Positions 37,348 to 47,753 of a stretch of 64,000 nucleotides of DNA are shown one piece after another. Within the stretch, counting starts at the first letter, position 1, and every line of letters begins with the position of its first letter. A program made the translations under genes and the position numbers. The stretch covers positions 96,913-160,912 of the forward strand of contig JADZGF010000003.1 of NCBI GenBank assembly GCA_020854065.1, read 5' to 3'. The notes under the pieces are model-generated. The model made no database searches, was not told the origin of the DNA, and saw only the letters and a list, made by a program, of their open reading frames with translations. This DNA comes from Candidatus Nomurabacteria bacterium. Its GTDB lineage: Bacteria; Patescibacteriota; Minisyncoccia; Phycocordibacterales; SBAW01.

Positions 37348-38433
37348 ATGTCTCAAAAACGCGACTATTACGAAGTGCTCGGAATCGCCAAAAGCGCAAC
37401 CAAGGAAGAGATTAAAAAAGCATTCCATAAACTTGCGCACAAGTATCACCCTGATAAAAGTAGTGGGGATAATGACAAGTTTAAGGAAGTCTCTGAAGCA
37501 TATTCGGTATTAGGAGATGATAAAAAGCGTGCCGAATATGACAGCTACGGCCGCGTCTTTGGTGGAGGAGGGGGAGCAGGAGGATTTGGCGGTGGAAGCG
37601 CCGCAGGATTTGATTTTAGCCAGTTCCAGGAAGCCTTCCAGCAGGGAGGTTTTGATATGGGCGATATCTTTAGTGAGTTTTTTGCCTCTCAGGCAGGGGT
37701 AGGGCGTACTCGTCGTGGCCGTGACATCTCTATCGACCTCGAAATTAGCTTTAAAGAATCGGTATTTGGTACAAAACGCACGGTGTTGCTTGCAAAGACT
37801 GCAGTATGTGAAGCATGCCAAGGATCTGGTGCCACGATGGGAACTGACATGATCACCTGCGATCATTGCAACGGCACAGGCAAAGTGCACGAGTCGCAAA
37901 ACTCCTTCTTTGGCACCATCACTATGGTACAGCCTTGCCGCAAATGCCGCGGATCAGGAAAAATTCCAAAAGAGAAGTGCGTAACCTGCCGTGGTGAAGG
38001 AGTGTATAAAAAACAAGAAGAAATTGAAATTGCAGTCCCTGCGGGTATTGATGGAGGTGAGATGATGCGCCTCCAAGGTCAAGGGGAAGCGGTCTCAGGA
38101 GGAGTCTCGGGAGATTTGTATGTAAAGATCCATGTACAACCTGATAGCCGGTTTAAGAAAGATGGACCGAACTTGGTGACCGAGCTTTCAATCAAACTCT
38201 CTGACGCGCTCCTAGGTACCAGCTATAAAATTGTCACGCTTGAAGGGGATGAGACCCTTGAAATCCCTGCCGGGGTTACGCATGGCGAAATGCTCAAGGT
38301 AAAAGGCAAAGGCGTGCCGGTTGCTCGCGGCAAGCGTGGCGATTTGTTTGTAAAAGTACGGATTCAACTCCCGCAGAAACTGTCCCGCTCCGCTCGCACA
38401 TTGATTGAGAAACTCAAAGAAGAAGGGATCTAA
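37348..38433 (+). CDS. dnaJ: chaperone DnaJ
   Basis: HPD motif, G/F region, four CxxCxGxG repeats. Confidence 0.97.
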   Translation: MSQKRDYYEVLGIAKSATKEEIKKAFHKLAHKYHPDKSSGDNDKFKEVSEAYSVLGDDKKRAEYDSYGRVFGGGGGAGGFGGGSAAGFDFSQFQEAFQQGGFDMGDIFSEFFASQAGVGRTRRGRDISIDLEISFKESVFGTKRTVLLAKTAVCEACQGSGATMGTDMITCDHCNGTGKVHESQNSFFGTITMVQPCRKCRGSGKIPKEKCVTCRGEGVYKKQEEIEIAVPAGIDGGEMMRLQGQGEAVSGGVSGDLYVKIHVQPDSRFKKDGPNLVTELSIKLSDALLGTSYKIVTLEGDETLEIPAGVTHGEMLKVKGKGVPVARGKRGDLFVKVRIQLPQKLSRSARTLIEKLKEEGI

Positions 38434-38486
38434 ACAGTTCACTAAAGACGCTTGCACCGCAATCGTGTAGGTGTACACTAAGAGTA

Positions 38487-38567
38487 ATGCCTTCCTTTAT
38501 CGACATAATCTTACGGTGGCTCGGATATCAAGAGCCAGTACCCGTAGAGATCGCTGCCGAGGAGTAG
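38487..38567 (+). CDS. putative 26-aa small protein (MPSFIDIILRWLGYQEPVPVEIAAEE)
   Basis: TTGCAC-N16-TACACT promoter 7 nt before the ATG; terminator directly after the TAG. Confidence 0.5.
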   Translation: MPSFIDIILRWLGYQEPVPVEIAAEE

Positions 38568-38594
38568 AAAACCGCCTACAGAAGGGCGGTTTTT
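38568..38594 (+). terminator. intrinsic terminator
   Basis: AAAACCGCC-N-GGCGGTTTTT. Confidence 0.8.
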
Positions 38595-38612
38595 CTGTTA
38601 TGATAGGCGCTA

Positions 38613-39542
38613 ATGAAGCGATTATTTACAGGACTCCAGTCTTCTGGGCAACTCCATATTGGTAACTACTTTGGTGCACTAAAGCCTTTTGCGGATATGT
38701 ACGCAGGGTATGAGAGCTTTTTAATGGTCGCTGACTATCATTCCCTTACCTCCCTGAAAGATGCCGCGCAGGTTCGCACCAACACGATTGAAGTCGTGAA
38801 GGCATACATTGCAGCGGGCGTAGATCCTGCCAAAGCAATAATCTTTAAACAATCTGATGTTCCCGCACACACCGAACTTGCGTGGGTACTTGAATGCCAG
38901 GTAACAGTGCCGTTTTTGATGCAGGCACATGCGTATAAAGACAAAGTAGCGAAAGGACTTGAAGCAAATGCAGGACTCTTCAACTATCCGATGCTCATGG
39001 CCGCAGATATTCTCCTCTATGACGCCGATGTCGTCCCTGTGGGTGCAGATCAGCGCCAACATGTGGAGTATGCACGCGAAGCAGCAGCAAAGTTTAATCT
39101 TGCATACGGTGAGACCTTAAAGGAACCTCAAGAATTAATTGCTGAAGAAGTTGCAGTAGTGCCAGGTACCGATGGGCAGAAGATGAGTAAGAGCTACAAA
39201 AATACGATTCCACTTTTTGCGACTCCCGAAGAAACTACCGCTGCTGTTATGAGTATCGTTACCGACTCTTCAGGCGAGCGACCAGAAAATGTATACCAGA
39301 TCCACAAACTATTTCGCCAAGACATTGATGGACTCTACGCAGAGAATAAAGGTAAATACAAAGTATTGAAGGAAGCGTTGGCTGCAGATATCAATACCTA
39401 TCTTGCGCCGATGCGTGAAAAGTTTAATTCGCTCACTGACCAAGATGTACAGAAAATCCTATCTGATGGTGCAGCAAAGGCAGCTCCTATTGCTTCAGCA
39501 AAACTGGTAGGGGTTCGCCAAAAGGTTGGAGTTACGCTATAA
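38613..39542 (+). CDS. trpS: tryptophan--tRNA ligase
   Basis: HIGNY, YPMLMAADIL, VPVG.DQ.QH, KMSKS. Confidence 0.96.
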   Translation: MKRLFTGLQSSGQLHIGNYFGALKPFADMYAGYESFLMVADYHSLTSLKDAAQVRTNTIEVVKAYIAAGVDPAKAIIFKQSDVPAHTELAWVLECQVTVPFLMQAHAYKDKVAKGLEANAGLFNYPMLMAADILLYDADVVPVGADQRQHVEYAREAAAKFNLAYGETLKEPQELIAEEVAVVPGTDGQKMSKSYKNTIPLFATPEETTAAVMSIVTDSSGERPENVYQIHKLFRQDIDGLYAENKGKYKVLKEALAADINTYLAPMREKFNSLTDQDVQKILSDGAAKAAPIASAKLVGVRQKVGVTL

Positions 39543-39552
39543 CTGAGACGCT

Positions 39553-40875
39553 ATGCAACGCACACTCATTGGAGATTTAGGGCAACAGATTGGGCAGGAA
39601 GTAACCATTAAAGGATGGGTATCTGTCCGTCGTGACCAGGGCAAGATGGTCTTTTTCGACTTTCGTGACCGCACCGGAACCGTACAAGGTGTAGCCCTTC
39701 CAGCTTCCCCGGCAATCGAGGTGGCGAAAGAAACCCGCAACGAATATGTAGTTGCCGTCACGGGCAAAGTGAACGAGCGTCCAGAAAAGAATAAAAACGC
39801 TAAGGTTCAAAACGGCGACATCGAGCTTGAGATCACTGGCATTGATATTTTGAGCAAAGCAGAAGCGTTGCCATTTGATATGTCGGCCGATGGATACAAC
39901 CTCGAGCTTCCCACTGAACTTGATCACCGCGCATTAACACTGCGTCATCCCCGCGTGCAGGCAATCTTTAAAGTGCAGGCAACTATCATCGACTCCTTCC
40001 GTGAGTTTATGAAGCAAGAGGGCTTCTTTGAATTCCAAGCACCGGCAATTGTGCCTGCAACTGCAGAAGGTGGGGCAGAGGTGTTTGAGGTAAAGTACTT
40101 TGATAAAAAAGCGTTCCTCTCTCAATCACCTCAACTCTACAAGCAAATTGTCATGACCGCGTTTGAGCGTGTCTTTAGCGTCAACAAAGTATTCCGTGCA
40201 GAGCCATCCGTAACGACTCGTCACTTAACAGAAGTTGTTTCGCTCGATGCCGAAATGGCTTTCATCGACTCTTGGCGCGATGTACGTGATATGTCAGAAG
40301 CCTGCGTGCGCTACATCTTAGAACAAGTAGCAGAGAAGAATGCAAAAGAGTTGGAACTCCTTGGCGCAACGATGCCAAGCATGATCGCTGAGACACCAAC
40401 ACTTTCGTTAACCGAAGCGCTTGAGAAGTTGGGCGCACCAGCGGATAAAGATCTCAATCCAGAACAAGAGCGTCGTCTGTGCGAAATGATCAAAGAGGAG
40501 ACAGGCAGCGACTTTGTATATGTCTATGGCTATCCAACCAAGCAAAAGCCGTTCTATGTCTATCCAAATCCAGAAAACCCAGAATTTAACGAAGGCATGG
40601 ATCTTTTATGCCGCGGCGTTGAATGGCTCTCGGGCGGTCGTCGCATTAATGACTACACACAACTCATGGAGCATGTGGAGCAGTGGGGAATGGATCCAAA
40701 GAAGATCGAAATGTTCCTCGAAGCATTCCGCTATGGCGCACCACCTGAAGGAGGGTTTGCTTTTGGTGCAGAGCGTATGACTATGCAGATACTTGGTCTT
40801 AAAAACATTCGCGAAGCAACTATGTTTGTGCGGGATATGAACCGGATCGATCAGTCTTTGTCCGAAGAAATCTAA
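39553..40875 (+). CDS. aspS: aspartate--tRNA ligase, archaeal-type/non-discriminating (no GAD insert)
   Basis: OB fold, EGGAEVF, LSQSPQLYKQ, FRAE...TRHL.E, YGAPP.GG..G.ER; 440 aa. Confidence 0.88.
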   Translation: MQRTLIGDLGQQIGQEVTIKGWVSVRRDQGKMVFFDFRDRTGTVQGVALPASPAIEVAKETRNEYVVAVTGKVNERPEKNKNAKVQNGDIELEITGIDILSKAEALPFDMSADGYNLELPTELDHRALTLRHPRVQAIFKVQATIIDSFREFMKQEGFFEFQAPAIVPATAEGGAEVFEVKYFDKKAFLSQSPQLYKQIVMTAFERVFSVNKVFRAEPSVTTRHLTEVVSLDAEMAFIDSWRDVRDMSEACVRYILEQVAEKNAKELELLGATMPSMIAETPTLSLTEALEKLGAPADKDLNPEQERRLCEMIKEETGSDFVYVYGYPTKQKPFYVYPNPENPEFNEGMDLLCRGVEWLSGGRRINDYTQLMEHVEQWGMDPKKIEMFLEAFRYGAPPEGGFAFGAERMTMQILGLKNIREATMFVRDMNRIDQSLSEEI

Positions 40876-40948
40876 TTACTCAACGATCTTCTGAGTATTT
40901 GTCAACCCGTTGAAAAAACAGGGATTTTTGGTATGGTAGCAGCCTCAT

Positions 40949-42325
40949 ATGGCTATCAACTACACGACCGAGACAGCCGAAAAAAGCATTAAAACAAGCC
41001 TTATAGAAGGCTCGCTGAGCCGTTTTACTGGCACCGAGCTCCTTGTGGGCATGGGCTCCAAAAAGACGCTCACACGCCGCCAGGTAACGCTTCTGGCACG
41101 TAAGGTGGTAGCCCTTGCCCGCCAAAACCAGATCAAAGACCTTGCGCTCGCATGGAAGGAATTCCGCAAAGTCACAGAGAAAAAAGTAAGTGATGCAGAT
41201 CTTGCCGAACTTCTCGCAACTGCATTCGAGATGGCCAACTACGAGCACACGACCTATAAAACTGCTGCACGCGAGTACAACGGTGTTGAGTCAGTCGCCA
41301 TTGACGTCACCCCAGTCATTTTTAAATCAATTGAACGTGGCGTCATTATCGGCGAGACCGTTAATCAATGCCGTGAGCTTTCAAACACACCAGGGAGCGA
41401 CATGACGCCTGAGATTTTGGCAGAAGCAGCAGTGAAAGCAGCACAAGAGACAAGTGTAAAAGTAAAAGTGCTTGGCCGTGCCGAAATGGAGCGCATGGGC
41501 ATGGGCGCAGTACTTGGCGTGGGGAAAGGCAGCGCCGAAGAGCCACAGTTTATCGTCATGGAATACTGGGGCACTGATCGCAATAAAAAGCCGATCGTAT
41601 TGGTAGGGAAGGGTGTCACGTTTGATACCGGCGGTATCCAAGTAAAACCAGGTGATCACATGTACGAAATGCACATGGATATGTCGGGCGGTGCTGCCGT
41701 TATCTTTGCCACCATCCTTGCGGCAAAACTTGGGGTGAAAAAGAATGTCATCGCACTCATTCCTGCAGTTGAAAACAATCTCTCCAACGGTATGCGCCCC
41801 GGAGATATTCTTAAATCTCTTTCAGGAAAAACCATTGAGATACTCCACACCGATGCAGAAGGTCGTGTCATTCTTGCAGACGCGCTGACATACGCAAAAC
41901 GCTACAACCCACAGACCGTAGTTGATGTTGCAACCTTAACCGGCGCTTCCCTCACCACACTTGGGCAGGTCGCCTCCGCGTTTATGACCAACAAGGATAG
42001 TTCCGTCCCTGAGATTATGGATATGGCTGAAGTATCCGGTGACTATATGTGGCCACTGCCACTCTGGGAGGAGTACGACGATATGGTGAAGGGTAAATTT
42101 GGTGATGTGCCTAACATCTCAACTATGGGTAACAGCCGCTATGGCGGTGTTATCGCCGGCGGTAAATTCCTTGAAGTGTTTGCGAAAGAACTTGAGTGCC
42201 CATGGATTCATATCGATATGGCGCCTCGTATGACTTCATATCCAGGCGAACATTTGGCGAAAGGTGCCGCGGGTGCACCAGTGCGCTTTTTGCTTAAACT
42301 TATTGAGCAAAACAAGGTAAAATAG
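40949..42325 (+). CDS. pepA: leucyl aminopeptidase (M17)
   Basis: LVGKGVTFDTGG, DMSG, TDAEGR.ILAD, ATLTG. Confidence 0.92.
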   Translation: MAINYTTETAEKSIKTSLIEGSLSRFTGTELLVGMGSKKTLTRRQVTLLARKVVALARQNQIKDLALAWKEFRKVTEKKVSDADLAELLATAFEMANYEHTTYKTAAREYNGVESVAIDVTPVIFKSIERGVIIGETVNQCRELSNTPGSDMTPEILAEAAVKAAQETSVKVKVLGRAEMERMGMGAVLGVGKGSAEEPQFIVMEYWGTDRNKKPIVLVGKGVTFDTGGIQVKPGDHMYEMHMDMSGGAAVIFATILAAKLGVKKNVIALIPAVENNLSNGMRPGDILKSLSGKTIEILHTDAEGRVILADALTYAKRYNPQTVVDVATLTGASLTTLGQVASAFMTNKDSSVPEIMDMAEVSGDYMWPLPLWEEYDDMVKGKFGDVPNISTMGNSRYGGVIAGGKFLEVFAKELECPWIHIDMAPRMTSYPGEHLAKGAAGAPVRFLLKLIEQNKVK

Positions 42326-42328
42326 GGC

Positions 42329-43042
42329 ATGCCTATTGCGGTAAAGACGGCTGCCTATGAAGGGCCGCTTGATGTGCTTCTTGAACTTATCGAGAAGCGT
42401 AAACTCCTCATCAACGACATCTCACTCTCTCAAGTCGCTGATGACTTCATCGCATACGTTGAAACACACCCAGAATTGCCGGTAGAGGAGACTGCTGAAT
42501 TTATTTCACTCGCCTCAACGCTTCTGTTGATTAAATCCCGTTCACTTCTTCCTGCGCTCGACTTAACCCCCGAAGAATCACGCGACATCAAGCAGCTTGA
42601 ATACCGCCTGGCGGTATACCAGCTCATGAAAGCGGCCTCCAAAGGGCTGGAGCGGCTTAATAATCCATACCTCCCTGAAGGAGCCGAGCCTACCGAAGAA
42701 CCCCTTTTTATCCCTGACGCATCTATAACCATCGCAAACCTCCGATCTGCTGCACAAACGCTCATTGAAGGGTTCCCATCGGTGCGCACACTTCCAAAAG
42801 TTGAGGTACGGAAGATCCGTTCGCTTGAAGAGACCATTCAAGACCTCGCAACCCGTATCGGAACCGCTTTCCGCATGAATTTTAAAGACTTCACCAAAGG
42901 TGAACGCCACACCGTTATTGTGAGCTTCCTCGCGCTCTTAGAGCTTGTAAAACAAGGTATAATTAAGGCAACGCAGGATGAGGGCGGCGATATCGTCATG
43001 GAGGCGGACGCGGTCGGCACCCCTACGTATGGCAATGAGTAA
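42329..43042 (+). CDS. scpA: SMC kleisin ScpA
   Basis: EGPLDVLL.LI, A.TLL.IKSR.LLP, FLALLELVKQG. Confidence 0.93.
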   Translation: MPIAVKTAAYEGPLDVLLELIEKRKLLINDISLSQVADDFIAYVETHPELPVEETAEFISLASTLLLIKSRSLLPALDLTPEESRDIKQLEYRLAVYQLMKAASKGLERLNNPYLPEGAEPTEEPLFIPDASITIANLRSAAQTLIEGFPSVRTLPKVEVRKIRSLEETIQDLATRIGTAFRMNFKDFTKGERHTVIVSFLALLELVKQGIIKATQDEGGDIVMEADAVGTPTYGNE

Positions 43043-43580
43043 TCTGGCAGGGCAACTACACGCACTTCTCTTTGCACTCGGGCGACCGCTTGGTCGTAGC
43101 GAGCTTGCCACCTTACTTGCTGCACCTGCCTCTGATATTGAAGATGCAATCGTTGAATTGAGTGGTATTGAGGGCGGGGTAGTGGTCGTTGATGATGGGA
43201 AAGAAATAGCGCTTCGTGTTGCTCCGGCATCCTCTGCGTTGATCGAACGCATCCGCAAGGAAGAATACAGTCGTGATATTGGTCGTGCAGGACTTGAAGT
43301 ACTTGCTGCAGTCCTATACCGAGGACCACTTACGCGTGCAGAAATTGACTTCATTCGTGGCGTAAATTCTTCCCAGATCCTCCGCACACTTACACTCCGC
43401 GGACTATTGCGGCGCATTCCAAACCCAAAGGATGAACGCTCATTCTTGTATGAGCCAACGACGGAAATCTTGGCTGAGCTTGGGGTAGCGAGCGCAAAGT
43501 CACTTCCTGAATACGATGAGGTGCGCAATAAATTGACCGAGCTTGAAGCACAGTATCGTGCACGAGAACAACAGGCATGA
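43035..43580 (+). CDS. scpB: SMC subunit ScpB
   Basis: LEVLA...Y.GP.TRAEID.IRGVNS; ATG 43035 overlapping the end of scpA. Confidence 0.92.
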   Translation: MSNLAGQLHALLFALGRPLGRSELATLLAAPASDIEDAIVELSGIEGGVVVVDDGKEIALRVAPASSALIERIRKEEYSRDIGRAGLEVLAAVLYRGPLTRAEIDFIRGVNSSQILRTLTLRGLLRRIPNPKDERSFLYEPTTEILAELGVASAKSLPEYDEVRNKLTELEAQYRAREQQA

Positions 43581-44449
43581 GTACTTTTTTAAAAACATTC
43601 TTTGTAGGAGCACTCTCAATTGGCCTTATTGGTGGTGCATTCGCGACCGGCACTCTTGCGGTTGTACTTTTACCTTCTCGACCTGCAATACCAGAAAATA
43701 CCGCTATGGTGCGAAATGTTTCGGTGCTTGCGAAGACTGCCATCCTCTACGATGTAAATTCTAGTACCGTTCTCTATCAGAAAAATGCGAATCGTGAGAT
43801 GCCGCTTGCATCGCTCACAAAACTCATGGGCGCCTATTCAGTTCTTGCATCACGCGATGGCAGCACGGTAGTTGAAATTACTCCGGATAGTATTGCAACC
43901 GAAGGAGATACGGGGCTTCGTGCTGGTGAAGCGTATGAGTTAACTGACTTAGTGCGCTTAGCGCTCGTTGCATCCTCAAATGACGCAGCAGCAGCGGTCG
44001 CCACATCGCTCGGCGATGATTATCTTTTGGCCATGAATAGTGCTGCACAGCATTTAGGACTCACCAAAACACGTTTTCTCAATCCAACAGGCCTTGATCT
44101 AGGTCCTGAGACCGCTGGTGGATACGGTTCAGCGTATGATGTTGCGCGATTGGCTGCCGCGTTCTTTAAAGCGCATCCTGCACTGTTTGAGGAGACTGTG
44201 CATGCTGATGTCTCAGTCTCAAACGCAGGAGGAGATTTAGTTGCAGCAGCTACTGCGGCACCATTACGTGATATTCCGGGCCTTATCGGCGGCAAAACAG
44301 GCTTTACGGACCTTGCAGGAGGCAACCTGGTGGTGGCATTTGATCTTGAGGTAGGGCGTCCGGTTATCGCAGTTGTCTTAGGATCAACCCGCGAAGGCCG
44401 CTTTAGCGACATTCGTGCCCTTATATCAGCCGCACGCGCACAACTATGA
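43577..44449 (+). CDS. D-alanyl-D-alanine carboxypeptidase (S11)
   Basis: ASLTK, SSN, F.NPTGL, KTG. Confidence 0.9.
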   Translation: MSTFLKTFFVGALSIGLIGGAFATGTLAVVLLPSRPAIPENTAMVRNVSVLAKTAILYDVNSSTVLYQKNANREMPLASLTKLMGAYSVLASRDGSTVVEITPDSIATEGDTGLRAGEAYELTDLVRLALVASSNDAAAAVATSLGDDYLLAMNSAAQHLGLTKTRFLNPTGLDLGPETAGGYGSAYDVARLAAAFFKAHPALFEETVHADVSVSNAGGDLVAAATAAPLRDIPGLIGGKTGFTDLAGGNLVVAFDLEVGRPVIAVVLGSTREGRFSDIRALISAARAQL

Positions 44450-45504
44450 TATTCACTCCTGACGTACTCTCAGTGTTCTTGCCCGCAATGCTCGCCTTTT
44501 TGATTGGCGTTGGATTAACCCCATTCCTTACGCACATCTTGTATGCAAAGCGTATGTGGAAACAGAAGGCAGGGAAGGTGGCACTCGATGGCACTGACGC
44601 CCTCGTCTTTAATGAACTGCATAAGGAGAAGGAGGTAGGTACACCACGCTTTGGCGGCATTATCGTGTGGGCAAGCGTTCTTATCACTGCTGATCTTCTC
44701 TCGGTGTTGGCACGACTGTATCCGGATCCTTTTTTCAGTTTGGCGTTTATCAGCCGTGAACAAACGTGGGTTCCTTTGGCTGCCTTTGCCGCAGGTGCGT
44801 TTGTCGGGTTCTTGGACGATATCTTTGAAGTGCGCGAGGGTAAAGGGTTGCGGTTGCGTGTGCGACTTATACTGGTTGCAATCGTCTCAGCGCTCTGTGC
44901 CTGGTGGTTTTATGACAAGCTCGAAGTTACCTCAGTATCGGTTCTGTTTTTGAATAATCCGCTTGAGCTAGGATCTCTCTTCATTCCGTTCTTTATCCTA
45001 GTCACCTTGTTTGTGTACGCAGGTGGAGTGATTGATGGTCTCGATGGACTTGCGGGAGGTGTGTTCTCTGCAATCTTTGCCGCATATGCAGGTATTGCAT
45101 TCTTCCAAAATCAGCTCGACTTGGCAGCGCTCTGTGCTGCAATTGCAGGTGGTCTCTTAGCTTTCTTGTGGTTTAACATTCCGCCCGCACGGTTTTACTT
45201 ATCCGAGACTGGTTCCATGGCACTCACACTCGTCTTAGTGGTGGTTGCCTTCTTAACAGACACGATCGTTGAAGGGGAAGGGGTTAAGGTACTTCCAATC
45301 ATCGCGCTCCCGCTGGTGGCAACAGTTCTCTCAAACATCCTGCAAATCATCTGGAAGCGTGTGTTTGGCAAGAAACTCTTCCGCATTGCACCACTCCACC
45401 ATCATTTTGAAGCGATTGGCTGGCCTGCGTCTAAAGTAGTGATGCGGTATTGGGTTGTTGCTGTAGTTGTTGCCATAATCGGTCTTATCATCGCTATCGT
45501 ATGA
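44446..45504 (+). CDS. mraY: phospho-MurNAc-pentapeptide translocase
   Basis: GTP..GG, GFLDD, DGLDGL, FNIPPA, F.IAPLHHHFE. Confidence 0.93.
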   Translation: MIFTPDVLSVFLPAMLAFLIGVGLTPFLTHILYAKRMWKQKAGKVALDGTDALVFNELHKEKEVGTPRFGGIIVWASVLITADLLSVLARLYPDPFFSLAFISREQTWVPLAAFAAGAFVGFLDDIFEVREGKGLRLRVRLILVAIVSALCAWWFYDKLEVTSVSVLFLNNPLELGSLFIPFFILVTLFVYAGGVIDGLDGLAGGVFSAIFAAYAGIAFFQNQLDLAALCAAIAGGLLAFLWFNIPPARFYLSETGSMALTLVLVVVAFLTDTIVEGEGVKVLPIIALPLVATVLSNILQIIWKRVFGKKLFRIAPLHHHFEAIGWPASKVVMRYWVVAVVVAIIGLIIAIV

Positions 45505-46598
45505 AGCGTGCACCGCTCGACACACCGTTTTTGCTCACGGCCAGTTTGTTGCTTGCCTTTGGGCTTCTTATCTTTACCTCAGCTGCCTTAGGGCTTCTCG
45601 CACGCGATGGCGCAACCTTTACCTCAGTTGCAACTTCACAGCTTCTCTTAGGCTTCCTCATGGGCGGTGTCGCCATGGTCATACTGTCCCGGATTGATTA
45701 CCGCACCTGGCGACCCTATACACCCTATTTCTTTGCCGGTGCAGTTGGACTTACCTTACTTACCTTCGTCCCAGGCATCGGACTTGAACTGAAAGGTGCA
45801 TCACGCTGGATCGAAATTGGACCAATCACCTTCCAACCCGAAGAGTTGTTGAAGTTTGCTTCAGTCATGTTCTTAGCCGCACTCTATTCCTCCCGTCTGC
45901 GCGAAGTGCCGACACTGCAAGGAGGTTTACTGCCTTTCATGCTCATTGGTGGCGGTGGAGCGGCACTCTTACTTTTGCAGCCCAATACCGATGGTGCAGT
46001 ATTGCTTGCAGGAGCATGTGCAGCGGTACTCTTTGCCGCAGGAGGGAAGATCCGGCATCTTGCACTCTTGGGCATTCTCGGACTCATGGCATTAGCCATA
46101 GCGGCACTCGCATATCCGCACGTGATGTCGCGTTTTGCCACTTTCTTTGACCAAGACTCAGATCTCCAAGGTGCAGGGTGGCAAATCCATCAATCACTCA
46201 TTGCGGTTGGTTCAGGTGAGCTCTTTGGGCGCGGTTTTGGACAAAGTATTGAAAAGTTTTCCTATCTTCCTGAGCCAATTGGTGACTCAATATTTGCCGT
46301 TGCGGCCGAAGAGTTTGGCTTTATAGGCTCCGGACTCCTTGTGGTGCTTTATGCAACTTTTGCGCTCTTAGGACTACGTATTGCCGCTCGTGCACCAGAT
46401 CCCTTTGGTGGGCTTATCGTTGTTGGATTAGTGACCTTGATCGTGGTGCAGTCGTTTGTGAACATCGGATCAGTGTTAGGGCTTATCCCACTCTCCGGAT
46501 TACCTCTTATTTTCGTGTCGCACGGAGGCACCGCTTTGGCTGTTTCCTTAGCCGAGGTGGGTGTTATATTAAGCGTATCCAGGAGGATGAAGTCTTAG
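45501..46598 (+). CDS. ftsW: SEDS peptidoglycan polymerase FtsW
   Basis: GASRWI, FQP.E..K, LPEP..D.IFA..AEEFG, G.PL...S.GG; between mraY and murG. Confidence 0.88.
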   Translation: MKRAPLDTPFLLTASLLLAFGLLIFTSAALGLLARDGATFTSVATSQLLLGFLMGGVAMVILSRIDYRTWRPYTPYFFAGAVGLTLLTFVPGIGLELKGASRWIEIGPITFQPEELLKFASVMFLAALYSSRLREVPTLQGGLLPFMLIGGGGAALLLLQPNTDGAVLLAGACAAVLFAAGGKIRHLALLGILGLMALAIAALAYPHVMSRFATFFDQDSDLQGAGWQIHQSLIAVGSGELFGRGFGQSIEKFSYLPEPIGDSIFAVAAEEFGFIGSGLLVVLYATFALLGLRIAARAPDPFGGLIVVGLVTLIVVQSFVNIGSVLGLIPLSGLPLIFVSHGGTALAVSLAEVGVILSVSRRMKS

Positions 46599-46603
46599 AC
46601 TAT

Positions 46604-47734
46604 ATGAAGATACTTTTTACGGGAGGAGGTTCAGGTGGCCATTTTTACCCCATCATTGCCACTGCAGAAGCTATTAACGACGCGGTACGCGAGCGGAAGT
46701 TAATCGAGCCGAAACTCTACTACGCCGCACCTGAGCCATACGACAAAGAGATGCTCATTGCGAACAACATCACCTTTGTGCCGACTTCGGCAGGGAAGAT
46801 GCGCAATTACTTTTCAATTCTTAACTTTTTTGATTCGTTTAAAACGGCGTGGGGAATCTTCCGGTCAATTTTGCGTGTGTTCTTTTTATACCCAGACGTT
46901 GTATTTGGTACCGGAGGCTACGCGAGCTTCCCAACACTCTTAGCCGCAAAACTATTCCGTATTCCGGTGGTGATTTATGCAACCGATGCAGAACCTTCTC
47001 GCGTGAACCGCTGGGCAGGGAAGTTTGCGGAGAAGATTGCGGTCTCATACGCAAGTGCATCAGAGTTTTTTCCCAAAGAGAAGGTAGCGCATACGGGAAA
47101 TCCGGTGCGCAAAGCATTGCTGTTACCTGCACGTGAAGGATCGTTCGAATTCTTGGGATTCAAACGAGAGATACCTGTCTTATTGGTGGTTGGTGGTTCG
47201 CAAGGTGCACAGACCGTGAACGAGGCGATACTCGCTGCACTTCCACAGTTATTGGAAAAATACCAAGTGGTGCATCAAACAGGGGAGGCAAACCTCAAGG
47301 ATGTTGAAGGACGCGCACGCGTTGCGTTGGGTAACACCCTCCTTATGGAGCGGTATAAGGCATATGGATATTTAAATGACCTTGCCACACGTATGGCAGC
47401 GGGTGCTGCGTCCATGGTCATTGCGCGCGCAGGTTCTGGCACCATCTTTGAAATAGCATCCTGGGGGTTGCCGTCCATTCTTGTTCCCATTCCAGAACCT
47501 ATATCGCATGACCAGAAGAAAAACGCCTTCGACTATGCACGTACCGGCGCATGTGTGGTGATTGAACAAAACAACCTCACTCCCGGCCTTTTGGTATCAG
47601 AGGTTGATCGGATCATGGGGGATGAGCACCTCAAAATGAAAATGGGTAACGCGGCTCGAAGCTTCTCCCGTCCCGACTCGGCAAAACTTATCGCTGATGC
47701 CATCTTAGACATCGCCCTTTCCCACGAGGTATAG
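46604..47734 (+). CDS. murG: lipid II GlcNAc transferase MurG
   Basis: GGGSGGH, GTGGYAS, TGNPVR, GGSQGA, RAGSGT, Q..NA. Confidence 0.95.
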   Translation: MKILFTGGGSGGHFYPIIATAEAINDAVRERKLIEPKLYYAAPEPYDKEMLIANNITFVPTSAGKMRNYFSILNFFDSFKTAWGIFRSILRVFFLYPDVVFGTGGYASFPTLLAAKLFRIPVVIYATDAEPSRVNRWAGKFAEKIAVSYASASEFFPKEKVAHTGNPVRKALLLPAREGSFEFLGFKREIPVLLVVGGSQGAQTVNEAILAALPQLLEKYQVVHQTGEANLKDVEGRARVALGNTLLMERYKAYGYLNDLATRMAAGAASMVIARAGSGTIFEIASWGLPSILVPIPEPISHDQKKNAFDYARTGACVVIEQNNLTPGLLVSEVDRIMGDEHLKMKMGNAARSFSRPDSAKLIADAILDIALSHEV

Positions 47735-47753
47735 GGTGGAGTATAGTCCTTTC

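Noticed and set aside
38434-38612. T-box riboswitch upstream of trpS
   Set aside because: No T-box consensus (GGTGGNACCGCG) or specifier stem recognised, and the region is too short
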